A stretch of DNA of 64,000 nt from Desulfurococcales archaeon (GCA_027083135.1 JALWQH010000054.1:6648-70647), one strand, 5' to 3'; counted from the first letter of the stretch, positions 18,383 through 28,376 are shown. The notes: a model not told the origin generated them from the sequence alone. Program-made: numbers and translations.

Positions 18383-19333
18383 ATGTGGCCTAAAGGTGCA
18401 CGATGCATGGAGAAGTACTCAGTAAGAGATTCCAAAGGCAGAGTAGTACATCTCTACGAGAAGACATCCCTCCTACTAACAATCGCGGCAGCATTATCAG
18501 CGCTGACATTCCTCGCCGCAGCGGCAGGGGGATCAATGATCCTCCTAAGGGGAGCGGAGGCTAAGGGATCAGTATTGCTGGCAGCCAGCATCCTCCCCCT
18601 AATCTACACGTTCGTCTTCAACCATCTTAGGAGGAAGGGGGACATGGATGTGGATCATGCCGAGCTGCCCACCATTAACGGGGGGGTCGTGGAGGTCAGG
18701 GTGAAGACCAGCATCTGGATAACACTAGCCTACGCTCTCACCATACTGTTCATCCTGCTAGCCCTAGGCGCCACAGCATATGGAGCATACCTACTATACA
18801 CTGGGTCCAGTGTAAAGGTATTGGCAGCAGGGCTTGGAGGACTAATAGCAGGCCTAATCTACGCATCCGTACTCCGCTTCCTGAGAACAAAGCTCGACTT
18901 CCCCGGCAGCAGAGCCCTTGTAAGAAGCCTCGAGGGATACGTGTTAGAGCTATATAAGTCGAGATCCATCTGGATAACCCTAGCCATGATATTCACCCTC
19001 CTAGCAGCGATAGGCCTCCTAGGCCTAGGAGCAGCCCTCGCAAACACCCACAGCATAGCCGCGCCTGGAAAACTAGTAGCAGCCAAGCTTAACAGAGGGA
19101 TAACCACATACTATGAGGCTTCCAGCCTCATAGTAGCAGGCCTCACACTACTAATCAACGTCGCAGTACTAAACTTCCTAAGCATAAAAGCCCACATAAA
19201 AACAGCCGAACACCCAGAGCCCAGCAGAAACCCTAGGAAAAACAATACAAGACACTACACGTCTGAAGAATACCTATACGGAGAAGAAATAGAGGAAGAA
19301 GAAAGCATAGAGGAGGAACCAGAGGAAGAATAA
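18383..19333 (+). CDS. polytopic membrane protein with Glu-rich C-terminal tail
   Basis: 316 aa with about 8 hydrophobic helices in a repeated pattern. The tail is EEIEEEESIEEEPEEE. Confidence 0.5.
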   Translation: MWPKGARCMEKYSVRDSKGRVVHLYEKTSLLLTIAAALSALTFLAAAAGGSMILLRGAEAKGSVLLAASILPLIYTFVFNHLRRKGDMDVDHAELPTINGGVVEVRVKTSIWITLAYALTILFILLALGATAYGAYLLYTGSSVKVLAAGLGGLIAGLIYASVLRFLRTKLDFPGSRALVRSLEGYVLELYKSRSIWITLAMIFTLLAAIGLLGLGAALANTHSIAAPGKLVAAKLNRGITTYYEASSLIVAGLTLLINVAVLNFLSIKAHIKTAEHPEPSRNPRKNNTRHYTSEEYLYGEEIEEEESIEEEPEEE

Positions 19334-19551
19334 CCGTTCGCTTTAGCCATGCCTTCATGTATCGGTTTATAGCATTTGTGTCTGGCACAGTTAGGTTCAT
19401 CGCGGCTATGTCCCTCTGTTTCTAAACCCCCTCTAGGATAATCCAAGGATAAAGGGGGGAGACAACCCGAGCAAACACACATACAAGGACATTCAATCCC
19501 AATATCATCCTAGACATAACATGAGAAGCAGGGATCAATGCTAGAAGAGCT

Positions 19552-19629
19552 TGGCGCCGCGGCCGGGATTTGAACCCGGGTCACGGGCTTGACAGGCCCG
19601 CATACTAAGCCGGGCTATACTACCGCGGC
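19552..19629 (-). tRNA. tRNA-Asp (anticodon GUC), intron-less; CCA encoded
   Basis: Minus strand: GCCGCGG-TA-GTAT-AGCCCGGCTTA-GTAT-G-CGGGC-CTGTCAA-GCCCG-TGAC-CCGGG-TTCAAAT-CCCGG-CCGCGGC-G-CCA (78 nt). Confidence 0.9.
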
Positions 19630-19710
19630 ACCCTCTGCGCGGGTTAAAGTCTTTGCTCCCAGTTTTTAAGGTTTAAGGTATTATTGCTTTGAGGCCTCGT
19701 GGCCCTTAAC

Positions 19711-19717
19711 TTATATT
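19711..19717 (+). promoter_or_regulatory. TATA-box-like element upstream of aIF5A
   Basis: TTATATT lies about 40 nt upstream of the ATG at 19755. Confidence 0.3.
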
Positions 19718-19754
19718 AGTGGGCTTCTCGATGATGGTGTGTGAGGCTGATAGT

Positions 19755-20150
19755 ATGAGTAAGACGTATGGTAGTTTAGGGGAGCTTAAGAAGGGGAGCT
19801 ATGTAATGATCTCGGGGGAGCCCTGCAGGGTTGTCGAGATAACTAAGGCTAAGACTGGGAAGCATGGCAGCGCTAAGGCCCATGTGGTGGCTATAGGCTT
19901 GTTCACAGGCACTAAGAGAACCCTTGTAGGACCTGTGAGCCAGAGCGTGGAGATACCTATTATTGATAAGAGGGTTGCACAGGTGCTGGCTGACACTGGC
20001 AGCGCCCTCCAACTCATGGATATGGAGACCTATGAGACATTCGAGGTTGAGAAGCCCAGCGACCCTGACCTAGCCTCCAAGATCCAGCCAGGCGTTGAGG
20101 TTGAGTACTGGGAGGTTATGGGTAAGAGGATCATAATGAGGGTAAGGTAA
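19755..20150 (+). CDS. eif5a: translation initiation factor 5A (aIF5A)
   Basis: Start set at [17 protein letters not shown]. The hypusination loop [10 protein letters not shown] is present. Confidence 0.9.
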   Translation: MSKTYGSLGELKKGSYVMISGEPCRVVEITKAKTGKHGSAKAHVVAIGLFTGTKRTLVGPVSQSVEIPIIDKRVAQVLADTGSALQLMDMETYETFEVEKPSDPDLASKIQPGVEVEYWEVMGKRIIMRVR

Positions 20151-20157
20151 GCCGAGG

Positions 20158-21501
20158 ATGCCTGGACTAGAATCGCTGAGAGAGGCTGTTAGAAGGTTCC
20201 TCCGCTCCTCTGGAACCTATGAGAAGGCTGTGGACTCCTTCATAAGGGATATTCAGAGAGCCCTGATAAGCAGCGACGTTAACGTTAAGCTGGTCTTCGA
20301 GCTTTCAAAGAGGATTAGGGAGAGAGCCCTCAAGGAGAAGCCTCCACCCGGAGCAGGGCGCAGGGAGTGGCTGGTTAAAATAGTGTACGAGGAGCTGGCG
20401 AAGCTGTTCGGCGGGGGCGGGGAGCCCGAGCTCATGCCGCCCCGCAAACCCTACACCATAATGCTCGTAGGGGTTCAGGGAAGCGGTAAGACGACGACGG
20501 CGGCCAAGCTGGCATACTATTATAAGAAGAAGGGGCTGAGAGTAGGACTAGTAGCCGCGGATACTTATAGGCCTGGAGCCTACGACCAGCTACGCCAGCT
20601 GGCAGAGCAGGTTGGAGCCTCATTCTACGGAGAGCCTGGGGAGAAGGATCCCGTGAAGATAGCTAGGAGGGGGCTGAGAGACCTTCAGGGGAGAGCAGAC
20701 ATCATAATAATAGATACTGCAGGCCGCCACGGCTACGGTGGGGAGGAGGCCCTGCTCAAGGAGATGAGGGATATAGCTGGAGCAGTGAAGCCTGACGAAG
20801 TAGTATTAGTAATAGATGCAGCCATGGGGCAAAAGGCATATGATCTTGCCAGAAGGTTCCACGAGGCAACCCCCATAGGATCAATAATAGTAACCAAGCT
20901 TGACGGGACGGCTAAGGGTGGAGGAGCCCTAAGCGCAGTAGCAGCAACAGGAGCCACCATAAAGTTCATAGGGACAGGTGAGAAGATAGAGGAGCTCGAG
21001 CCATTCAGGCCTAAGAGCTTCGTAGGCCGCCTCCTAGGAATGGGCGACCTGGAAGCCCTCCTAGAACGCCTAGAAGCCCTAGAACACACAGAGAAGCTGC
21101 AGAAAACCATGGGGGAGATGCTTTCAGGAAGAATAAACATGAGGATGATCTACGAGCAAATACAGCAGATAAGCAAGCTAGGCCCCCTCAGAAAAGTCCT
21201 CCAAATGATACCAGGGCTAAGCCTATCCCTACCCACAGACGATGAGAAGCTGAGAATAACGGAGGAAAAAATGAGGAAATGGCTCCACATAATAGAATCA
21301 ATGACCTACGAGGAACTCGACAAACCTGAAATCATAGACCGCTCAAGAATGAGGAGAATAGCCATAGGCTCAGGGACAAGCCCAGAGGAAGTCAGAGAAC
21401 TAGTAGAATACTACAAGACAGTTAAAAGAACAATCAAGCAGATCAAGAGGAGGAAAGGACTACTAGCAAAACTACAACGACAGCTAGGAATACCAGAATA
21501 A
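20158..21501 (+). CDS. srp54: signal recognition particle protein SRP54
   Basis: N domain, G domain (GVQGSGKTTTAAKLA, DTAGR, TKLDG), and a Met-rich M domain. Confidence 0.9.
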   Translation: MPGLESLREAVRRFLRSSGTYEKAVDSFIRDIQRALISSDVNVKLVFELSKRIRERALKEKPPPGAGRREWLVKIVYEELAKLFGGGGEPELMPPRKPYTIMLVGVQGSGKTTTAAKLAYYYKKKGLRVGLVAADTYRPGAYDQLRQLAEQVGASFYGEPGEKDPVKIARRGLRDLQGRADIIIIDTAGRHGYGGEEALLKEMRDIAGAVKPDEVVLVIDAAMGQKAYDLARRFHEATPIGSIIVTKLDGTAKGGGALSAVAATGATIKFIGTGEKIEELEPFRPKSFVGRLLGMGDLEALLERLEALEHTEKLQKTMGEMLSGRINMRMIYEQIQQISKLGPLRKVLQMIPGLSLSLPTDDEKLRITEEKMRKWLHIIESMTYEELDKPEIIDRSRMRRIAIGSGTSPEEVRELVEYYKTVKRTIKQIKRRKGLLAKLQRQLGIPE

Positions 21502-21550
21502 ACAAAGCAAAAAATAAAACACCACACCCCAATCTAAACAAGCCCGGAAC

Positions 21551-22519
<969 letters not shown>

Positions 22520-22545
22520 TTTGCCAGTAAGGCTTGGGCTAGCTT

Positions 22546-23148
22546 TTAGGCGATCCGTTGAACAGAGTAGCCCTTACTGTTGAGGATAAATGTTAGCTGT
22601 TTTTCCAGCATGTCAAGTAGTGCTTCGGAATACGTAATAGCTAAATTTGCCAGTTCTGATGATGCTGATACTCCTTTGAAGCGAGTTGCTATACCTAGGC
22701 GAATATGAGGTTCATTGTCCTTCATATAGAACTTGCTGTGCATCTTCATGATCTCTTCCTCTAATGATAGACGCTTGCTTAAGGCTTGGAATACATCGTG
22801 TTTCAAGGGATTAATGCGGGGCCATACGTCTAGCGCGAAGTTCAGTGTTCCCTGAATTTTAGAGATTCCCAAAGTTTTAGCTAGTCTGTATCTCAAGGTT
22901 TTAGCTTCACTCAGAATGATTGGCGGCACGAATCTTGCACGAATCTCAAGACGCTTCTGTGCCCCCGCTTTTTCAGCAAGCATATAGCTTCGTGTGAATT
23001 CCCAGCCTAGCCCACTAAGAAACGCACTGAACTCTTGATTCAGGCTGCTCTCGAGTTCCGTGATCTTAGGTGTAGCGGCAGCCCTCCATGCCAGGTAGCC
23101 GAATATTGTAGCAAGGATGCCTGCAATAGCGGCTATTGCTTCAAGCAT
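22546..23148 (-). CDS. hypothetical protein with N-terminal TM helix (low-GC cargo gene)
   Basis: MLEAIAAIAGILATIFGYLAW is a TM anchor, followed by a ~175-aa soluble domain with no motif recognised. Visibly more AT-rich than its neighbours. Confidence 0.5.
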   Translation of the reverse strand: MLEAIAAIAGILATIFGYLAWRAAATPKITELESSLNQEFSAFLSGLGWEFTRSYMLAEKAGAQKRLEIRARFVPPIILSEAKTLRYRLAKTLGISKIQGTLNFALDVWPRINPLKHDVFQALSKRLSLEEEIMKMHSKFYMKDNEPHIRLGIATRFKGVSASSELANLAITYSEALLDMLEKQLTFILNSKGYSVQRIA

Positions 23149-23236
23149 TCCAGCTCATGGCAGCCTTAATGCACGGCTTCTTTTAATGCTTTAGCTTTAA
23201 ATATCGCTGCCAGAGCTTTATTCATGGTATATTAGT

Positions 23237-23671
23237 TTGAGTGAGCCCCGTGTGGTTTACCGTGCCAAGATCAAGGATAAGGAGGTTGCTGTGACTGATC
23301 GGAGCCTTATCGTGAAGGATCCCTCTAGGACTATTGATATATCGTTGGTTCATGTTGAGAGCATTGAGGTTAAGGAGTCTTGGTGGATGTTTAGCCTGGG
23401 CTTGATCATATTGTTCATCAGCTTGTTGATGGCGTTTTCAAGCAACTGTAATGAGGGCTTTTGCATTGAGCCAGCCATGATTATATTCTGGCTTCTAGTA
23501 GGCATAGGATTAGCGTGGTACGGCTGGAACAACAGGTATCTGCTTAAAATACATACGCTTAGAAGAACTGTTAAGCTGAGGGATGGGACTGCTATAAAGA
23601 GGCTGCATAGGAGGATCAGGGAGCAGGTTCTAAGAGTAGTTGTCGAGAGGAGTGAGGGGAGGGAGGCTTGA
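23237..23671 (+). CDS. two-TM membrane protein with PH/GRAM-like N-terminal segment
   Basis: TTG start. VAVTDRSLIVKDPSRTIDISLVHVESIEV, then two hydrophobic helices, then a basic tail. Its stop overlaps the start of the next gene (TTGA). Confidence 0.45.
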   Translation: MSEPRVVYRAKIKDKEVAVTDRSLIVKDPSRTIDISLVHVESIEVKESWWMFSLGLIILFISLLMAFSSNCNEGFCIEPAMIIFWLLVGIGLAWYGWNNRYLLKIHTLRRTVKLRDGTAIKRLHRRIREQVLRVVVERSEGREA

Positions 23672-24243
23672 AGAGCTATGCTGGCAGAGGCGTGGGTGCT
23701 CATTTCCTGGACGACATGTTGTTGGCTGAGAGCTACATCTACGTGGTGAGCAGGTGGATCAGCCCCGAATATGCTGACAGGCTGATCAGCAGGGCTAGGG
23801 AGGGAGTAGCCGTCAAGGTGATCACGAGCAATGATCCCGAGAAGCATCACCAGGAGGCGTTGAAGAGGCTTAGGAAGGCATTGAAGCCTGGCAGGTTCCT
23901 CCTGAGGAGGAGGGACTGGGAGCCCCCCAACATGGAGCTAGGAGTAGTCGAGCAGAGATACCTGCACGTCAAGATGTACATCTACGACGACAAGCTGGCA
24001 GTCGTAGGGTCAGCCAACCTAACCCAGAACGGCATGTGGAGCAACATCGAGCACATAGTCGTCTTCGACAAGCCCGAGGAAATACAGGCCATCAAGAAGG
24101 ACTTCGAGAAGCTATGGAAACTATACACCGAGTCAAGGGAAACAGCCGTAGAGGTCGTCACCCTCGAAGACATAGCCAAGATGCTTGGAAAACCACTAGC
24201 AGAACTAGCATCATTCTTCAAACACAGGTTACACGGAGAATAA
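23668..24243 (+). CDS. single-HKD phospholipase-D-family protein (Nuc-like nuclease candidate)
   Basis: Complete HxK(x)4D(x)6GSxN motif: HVKMYIYDDKLAVVGSAN (nt 23965-24018). The 191-aa length fits a single-domain PLD that would act as a dimer. TTG start overlaps the upstream stop. Confidence 0.7.
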   Translation: MKSYAGRGVGAHFLDDMLLAESYIYVVSRWISPEYADRLISRAREGVAVKVITSNDPEKHHQEALKRLRKALKPGRFLLRRRDWEPPNMELGVVEQRYLHVKMYIYDDKLAVVGSANLTQNGMWSNIEHIVVFDKPEEIQAIKKDFEKLWKLYTESRETAVEVVTLEDIAKMLGKPLAELASFFKHRLHGE

Positions 24244-24282
24244 TCCTAAACCCCAGTCTCTTTTTCCTCTCTTTAAAAACAT

Positions 24283-24501
24283 TTGATTATTCAAATGCTT
24301 ATTTGCCGTGGGTTAGGCTTGATTATTGGGGCATTGGCTGTGAGCTGTACGAGGGCTCAGGTCTTGGTGCTTATTGACTATGTGTTGGGCTTGATTAGGG
24401 ATTCCAGGAGCGCTGAGGAGGCTTACCGCAGGGTTCTGGGGCTTAGGGCCAGGCTGCAGGAAGTGGCCTTCGACCAGCTTGTAGAGGAGCTAGGCCTCTA
24501 G
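24283..24501 (+). CDS. hypothetical small protein
   Basis: 72-aa ORF (the internal ATG at 24295 is the more likely start). N-terminal hydrophobic helix and helical C-terminus. Confidence 0.3.
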   Translation: MIIQMLICRGLGLIIGALAVSCTRAQVLVLIDYVLGLIRDSRSAEEAYRRVLGLRARLQEVAFDQLVEELGL

Positions 24502-24597
24502 GGGGTTTAAAAAGTATTATTTGGATGTTACGCAGGGCTTCATTATGCTAACTTCTATAAGAAGGAATTCAATTGTTACCTTATCCTAGGGTGACAC

Positions 24598-24912
24598 ATG
24601 TATAGGAAGAGATTTGTTAAGAGGATGGTGGTGCTGAAAGGCAGGGCTACTCGAGAGGTCTATAGATTTGCTTCATGGCTTCGAGGCTATCCATTAGTTG
24701 ATTATGTGAGGACTAGGGATCTAGTAGGGCAGGGCGATTATGTAGAGATAGATGTAGTTTTCCTGAGGCCTAAGAGGGGGGCTACGCTCCCCCAGGTTCT
24801 CTGCCGTCTTCCCTCATCAGCCTCGATGGAAGAGATTAAGGATTGCTTCCTTAAGCGTTTCAAGCTGCTCCTTAAGGAAGTAGGGTTCTACGGGTATAAC
24901 ATTCTTCCCTAA
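24598..24912 (+). CDS. hypothetical protein
   Basis: 104-aa ORF with an ATG start. No motif recognised. Confidence 0.4.
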   Translation: MYRKRFVKRMVVLKGRATREVYRFASWLRGYPLVDYVRTRDLVGQGDYVEIDVVFLRPKRGATLPQVLCRLPSSASMEEIKDCFLKRFKLLLKEVGFYGYNILP

Positions 24913-25169
24913 GCCTCTAGGATGCGGTAGATTTCATCGAGATGCGTAGCTACTTTCCGTCCTTTCTCTGTTAGTTTTAGGAATCTTCTGTTGGGTGGGC
25001 GTCTCTCGTATCTGCTTTCTATTAGGCCTAGGTGCTCGGCTTCTCTCAGGTAGTTGTATAGGGTGTTGAGCGAGACGCCTAGCTTCTTCTTAAGGCTTGA
25101 GACGTCGATCTCGTCTTCGTCTAGCAGGGCTACTAGGAGTTTTCCCAGCCCGTTGATCACTATGGGCAC
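24909..25169 (-). CDS. winged-helix (MarR/ArsR-like) transcription regulator
   Basis: GTG start. DVSSLKKKLGVSLNTLYNYLREAEHLGLIESRYERRPPNRRFLKLTEKG is an HTH plus wing. Transcribed divergently from the small-ORF block. Confidence 0.6.
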   Translation of the reverse strand: MPIVINGLGKLLVALLDEDEIDVSSLKKKLGVSLNTLYNYLREAEHLGLIESRYERRPPNRRFLKLTEKGRKVATHLDEIYRILEA

Positions 25170-25306
25170 CAGTTGTCACTTCTGGTGTATTATGCTTGAT
25201 ATAACCATATATCTGGTGCTATAGAGTTCTAGAGTTATGAAGGACAGTAAAGCTTAATTAGGATTACAGCTATACAGATTTCTAGAAACCTGTGGGGTGA
25301 AAGTCT
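25170..25306. promoter_or_regulatory. divergent intergenic control region (wHTH gene vs RHH-led ORF block)
   Basis: 137-bp AT-rich spacer with TATA-like GATATAAC and ATATATC. TCTGGTG occurs twice, about 30 nt apart. Functional assignment is inference. Confidence 0.3.
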
Positions 25307-25561
25307 GTGTCTGTATCCGTGCTCTCGGATCATAAGAAGAAGCTGGGTACCCTGATCCCAGCCTCCCTTGATATGAGGATAGAGATCATGGCTGCCAGGG
25401 CCGATGTGACTAAGCAGAGCCTGATCGAGCATGCCCTCAGACTAATGGTAGTGGTGGCTGAGTGGGGAGTGCCCGACGACCTAGGCGAGCTCCTACAAGC
25501 CAGGGACCCCGAGCTCCTAGACTACCTAGCAGAGCTCCACAAGGCCCTGAGAGGCGAGTAG
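25307..25561 (+). CDS. ribbon-helix-helix (CopG/Arc-like) DNA-binding protein
   Basis: KKKLGTLIPASLDMRIEIMAARADVTKQSLIEHALRLM is a beta-strand plus two helices. GTG start. Confidence 0.55.
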   Translation: MSVSVLSDHKKKLGTLIPASLDMRIEIMAARADVTKQSLIEHALRLMVVVAEWGVPDDLGELLQARDPELLDYLAELHKALRGE

Positions 25562-25563
25562 CC

Positions 25564-25722
25564 GTGAGCTGGATCGAGGAGTATGAGCGTGAGAGGCTTG
25601 AGAGGGCCGCTGAGCGTGAGGAGCGTTATGCCTGGTGGCTCCTGCAGCACGGTGATCGTGATGGGGCGGAGCTAGCCCTCAGCACAGCCGAGATGCTGAG
25701 GCGTAGAGCCGAGGGGTGGTAG
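25564..25722 (+). CDS. hypothetical small helical protein
   Basis: GTG start 2 nt after the upstream stop (VSWIEEYERERLERAAE..). The longer track ORF 25462..25722 would overlap the RHH gene. Confidence 0.3.
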   Translation: MSWIEEYERERLERAAEREERYAWWLLQHGDRDGAELALSTAEMLRRRAEGW

Positions 25723-25997
25723 GCGTGGCTAGGCTTTATTATCAAATCTACTGGGATGATAAGGAGCGGGTAAGCTTCAAGCCAGATGAGCTCGCCGCTC
25801 TCGTCAAGGCGGTTGCACCTGAGCTAGAGGGGATGGTTGTCCAGCGCCACCAGATGCGCCTCATGCTGGCAAACGATGTTGAGGTGAAGATAGGGTTCGA
25901 CGTCTTCGTCCAGGTGTCTTCACCAAACTTAGAGGACACTAAGCGCGTCTTCGACAAGCTGAGATCAGTCTACATCGTTGAAAAACAGGAAGGGTGA
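25716..25997 (+). CDS. hypothetical protein
   Basis: 93-aa ORF overlapping both neighbours by a few nt (operon-style coupling). Confidence 0.4.
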   Translation: MVGVARLYYQIYWDDKERVSFKPDELAALVKAVAPELEGMVVQRHQMRLMLANDVEVKIGFDVFVQVSSPNLEDTKRVFDKLRSVYIVEKQEG

Positions 25998-26296
25998 TGG
26001 TAGCCATGGCTGTGGAGCAGGCTAGGATGGGGAATGGTGCGGGTAAGGCAGGCCTCGGAGTTGAGAGAAGGGTGTGGGAGCTGCTTGAGAGGGCTGCTGA
26101 GCGCGGCGGCTTCTATGTGAACCTGGATAGGGTTGCACGGGACGCGGTCTGGATAGAGTCCGTGGAGCGGAGCAACGGGGCGCATAGGTGGACGGAGTAC
26201 ACCGTCTACCTGCCGTACGGCGAGATAAGTATACGTGTATATGGTGACGGCGAGGTGTACGCCGAGTTCACCAGGCCCACAATATACGTCGAATAG
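25994..26296 (+). CDS. hypothetical protein
   Basis: 100-aa ORF whose start overlaps the upstream stop. Confidence 0.4.
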   Translation: MMVAMAVEQARMGNGAGKAGLGVERRVWELLERAAERGGFYVNLDRVARDAVWIESVERSNGAHRWTEYTVYLPYGEISIRVYGDGEVYAEFTRPTIYVE

Positions 26297-26310
26297 CGGG
26301 GCAGGTAGCC

Positions 26311-26487
26311 ATGCCCATGCGTATCATCACCTTCAAGCTCCCAGAGGAAATCTACTCTGCGCTTGAGAAGCATGCCCGTAGGCGGCACACCAGTATCTCA
26401 CAGATCATCAGGGATGCCATAGGCCTCTACCTGGCCTTCCACTACACTCCTCGAAGCATCGAGGATGAGGAGTGGGTGCCAGCATGA
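26311..26487 (+). CDS. ribbon-helix-helix (CopG-family) protein, 58 aa (not in ORF track)
   Basis: My own translation: MPMRIITFKLPEEIYSALEKHARRRHTSISQIIRDAIGLYLAFHYTPRSIEDEEWVPA. This is the classic RHH pattern (beta-strand ITFKLP plus two helices). Confidence 0.55.
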   Translation: MPMRIITFKLPEEIYSALEKHARRRHTSISQIIRDAIGLYLAFHYTPRSIEDEEWVPA

Positions 26488-26690
26488 CGGAGTGGGTTGT
26501 CAAGCTGTGGAAGCGGTTCAGCGATGATGAGATAGATGATGAGATAGTGGTGATCGTTGAGAAGAATGGCAAGTACTATGATGGTGTCGAGTTCCACGCA
26601 ACCGAGAAGCTGGAGCTCCGCGAATACCTCATCGACCTAGTCGGCAAGATAATCCATTCTCTGAGGGATGGTAGCCGTGAAGAAGAGTGA
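26472..26690 (+). CDS. hypothetical small acidic protein
   Basis: 72-aa ORF overlapping the RHH gene end. Confidence 0.35.
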   Translation: MGASMTEWVVKLWKRFSDDEIDDEIVVIVEKNGKYYDGVEFHATEKLELREYLIDLVGKIIHSLRDGSREEE

Positions 26691-26838
26691 TGCTGAGGTA
26701 GGGCAGAGGCTGATCACCGAGTACGCTGAATACGGCTCCAAGAAGCTCCACGAGGGTGAAGCCGATGCTGAGAGCCTCAGACGCCTAGCCCAAGAACTCC
26801 TAGAAGAATTGAAGAGGTGGCATAATAGTGGCTCTTGA
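26677..26838 (+). CDS. hypothetical small protein, 53 aa (not in ORF track)
   Basis: A GTG at 26677 opens VKKSDAEVGQRLITEYAEYGSKKLHEGEADAESLRRLAQELLEELKRWHNSGS. It bridges the gap between neighbouring ORFs with overlaps at both ends. Confidence 0.25.
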   Translation: MKKSDAEVGQRLITEYAEYGSKKLHEGEADAESLRRLAQELLEELKRWHNSGS

Positions 26839-27151
26839 ATGGCTTAGCCACAGGCCCTCGCTTTACCAGACACTCATAGTCATCAATGATTATCTTAATA
26901 GCGGCGAGCAGCCGCGCAGATGCTTCACCTACCGCGGCATAAGGGCCTACTGGACTAGGAACAAGCTCTGGGACACGATAGAGTACCACACATTAACGAG
27001 GAACATTAGGAAACTGGTGGAGCTCGGCTACCTCAAGAGAATTTACATCAAGCACATGAGAGCTAGGGGGAGCAGGACCATCTACTGTCCCACCCAGCGC
27101 TTCTACGATGTGATCAAGGAGCGTGAGAAGGTGGTTGGGAGTGGTGGCTAG
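26828..27151 (+). CDS. winged-helix DNA-binding protein
   Basis: YHTLTRNIRKLVELGYLKRIYIKH resembles a recognition helix plus wing. GTG start. Confidence 0.45.
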   Translation: MALEWLSHRPSLYQTLIVINDYLNSGEQPRRCFTYRGIRAYWTRNKLWDTIEYHTLTRNIRKLVELGYLKRIYIKHMRARGSRTIYCPTQRFYDVIKEREKVVGSGG

Positions 27152-27231
27152 GTGGTTTAGGCTGCTTGCAGGCCTCGCTGCATGGATGCTCATCCTCTGG
27201 GTTGTAGCATTAGTGTATCCTTTTCTCAGAG

Positions 27232-28215
27232 GTGAGAGCCATGCATAGCAGGTGGCTCCTCGAATATGATGATCCTCACGCCATTGTTGAGGAAATACTG
27301 CGGCTGCGTAGGCGTGGGTTAGGCGCCAGAAGGATCGCCAAGCTTGTTTTCGGTAATCGCATCAGCCTCGATGCTGCTACGAAGAGGATTCAGCGTCTTC
27401 TCTCGAGGATCGGGGCGAAATTCTCGCCTCGCCAGTCTGCAGATTTGGACATTTTTGGACAGAAACCCGAGAAGTCTGCCCCACTATCCGAGAAGGTTAC
27501 TAGTAGTGAGCCTAGGCTCGGGCCTACTGAGAGGCTGATCTACGATGCATTGAACATACTCGAGGAAGCCACGCCCTCAATGATCAAGGCTTACCTCGAG
27601 GAGCAGGGGCTCACCAAATCCCTGCGATCCATATACTCTGCTCTCTGGCGCCTCGAGAGACGGGGCATAGCTTGGCGCACCCGTAGGGGCTTCTACGCCC
27701 TGGCTACAGGCCTCTACTACCACGACCTACTGGCTGAGAACGTGCATGTAAGCGAGCTCCCAGTACCCCTGCACAGCAAGAAAGAGAGAGGCCATGCAGC
27801 CATGTTCTCAAGCGTGGTAGCCATGGCTGAGCAGCTGAATGCCACATCCACGGAGCGAATAGAGCTCTGGATGCCAGTCCCCGATAAGCGCCTCAGGGAA
27901 TGGGCTTTGAGGCTCCGCCGCCTGGGATGGCGCCTAGTCAAAATCTACTATAACACGTATGAGAACGCATTGAAGGTTGAGGCAGCATACTATAACCCCG
28001 CCTACCCTCTGCGGACAGCTTATAGGAGCGAGTGGCTTAAACTATACGTTGAGACACTGATGATGGGCTCCCAAGCCATAACAAGCATCCTGAGGAGGCT
28101 TGGAGCAGTGGGACAAAGTGTCCAGGGTACGGGGTGGCGCGGTGTGTCCAAGCTTGGCTCTGGTTCTGGTTCTTCTGCTGTTGGTGGTTGTGTGGGGGGT
28201 GTTGGTTTTGCGTAG
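27232..28215 (+). CDS. multi-HTH protein (candidate replication or regulatory protein of the element)
   Basis: N-terminal HTH LRRRGLGARRIAKLV. Central wHTH TERLIYDALNILEEATPSMIKAYLEE..IYSALWRLERRGIAWR. Gly/Ser/Val-rich tail runs into the G+T-rich tract. Confidence 0.5.
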   Translation: MRAMHSRWLLEYDDPHAIVEEILRLRRRGLGARRIAKLVFGNRISLDAATKRIQRLLSRIGAKFSPRQSADLDIFGQKPEKSAPLSEKVTSSEPRLGPTERLIYDALNILEEATPSMIKAYLEEQGLTKSLRSIYSALWRLERRGIAWRTRRGFYALATGLYYHDLLAENVHVSELPVPLHSKKERGHAAMFSSVVAMAEQLNATSTERIELWMPVPDKRLREWALRLRRLGWRLVKIYYNTYENALKVEAAYYNPAYPLRTAYRSEWLKLYVETLMMGSQAITSILRRLGAVGQSVQGTGWRGVSKLGSGSGSSAVGGCVGGVGFA

Positions 28216-28376
28216 GTATGTGTTGAGTTTTGATGATTATGGTGAGGCTTTGCGTGCTTTGCGTAGGTTGAGGAAGCGTGGTGTTGTGTTGAGGGTTGTG
28301 GTGGTTGTTGTGGATGTTGATCATTGGAATAAGGTTAAGGATTTGGGTAATGGTGGTGGGGGTGGGCGTGCTGTTA

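Noticed and set aside
25462-25563. N-terminal extension of the ORF 25462-25722 (MGSARRPRRAPTSQGPRAPRLPSRAPQGPERR)
   Set aside because: It overlaps the RHH gene in another frame and is Arg/Pro-rich. I called only the GTG-started 3' part (25564-25722).
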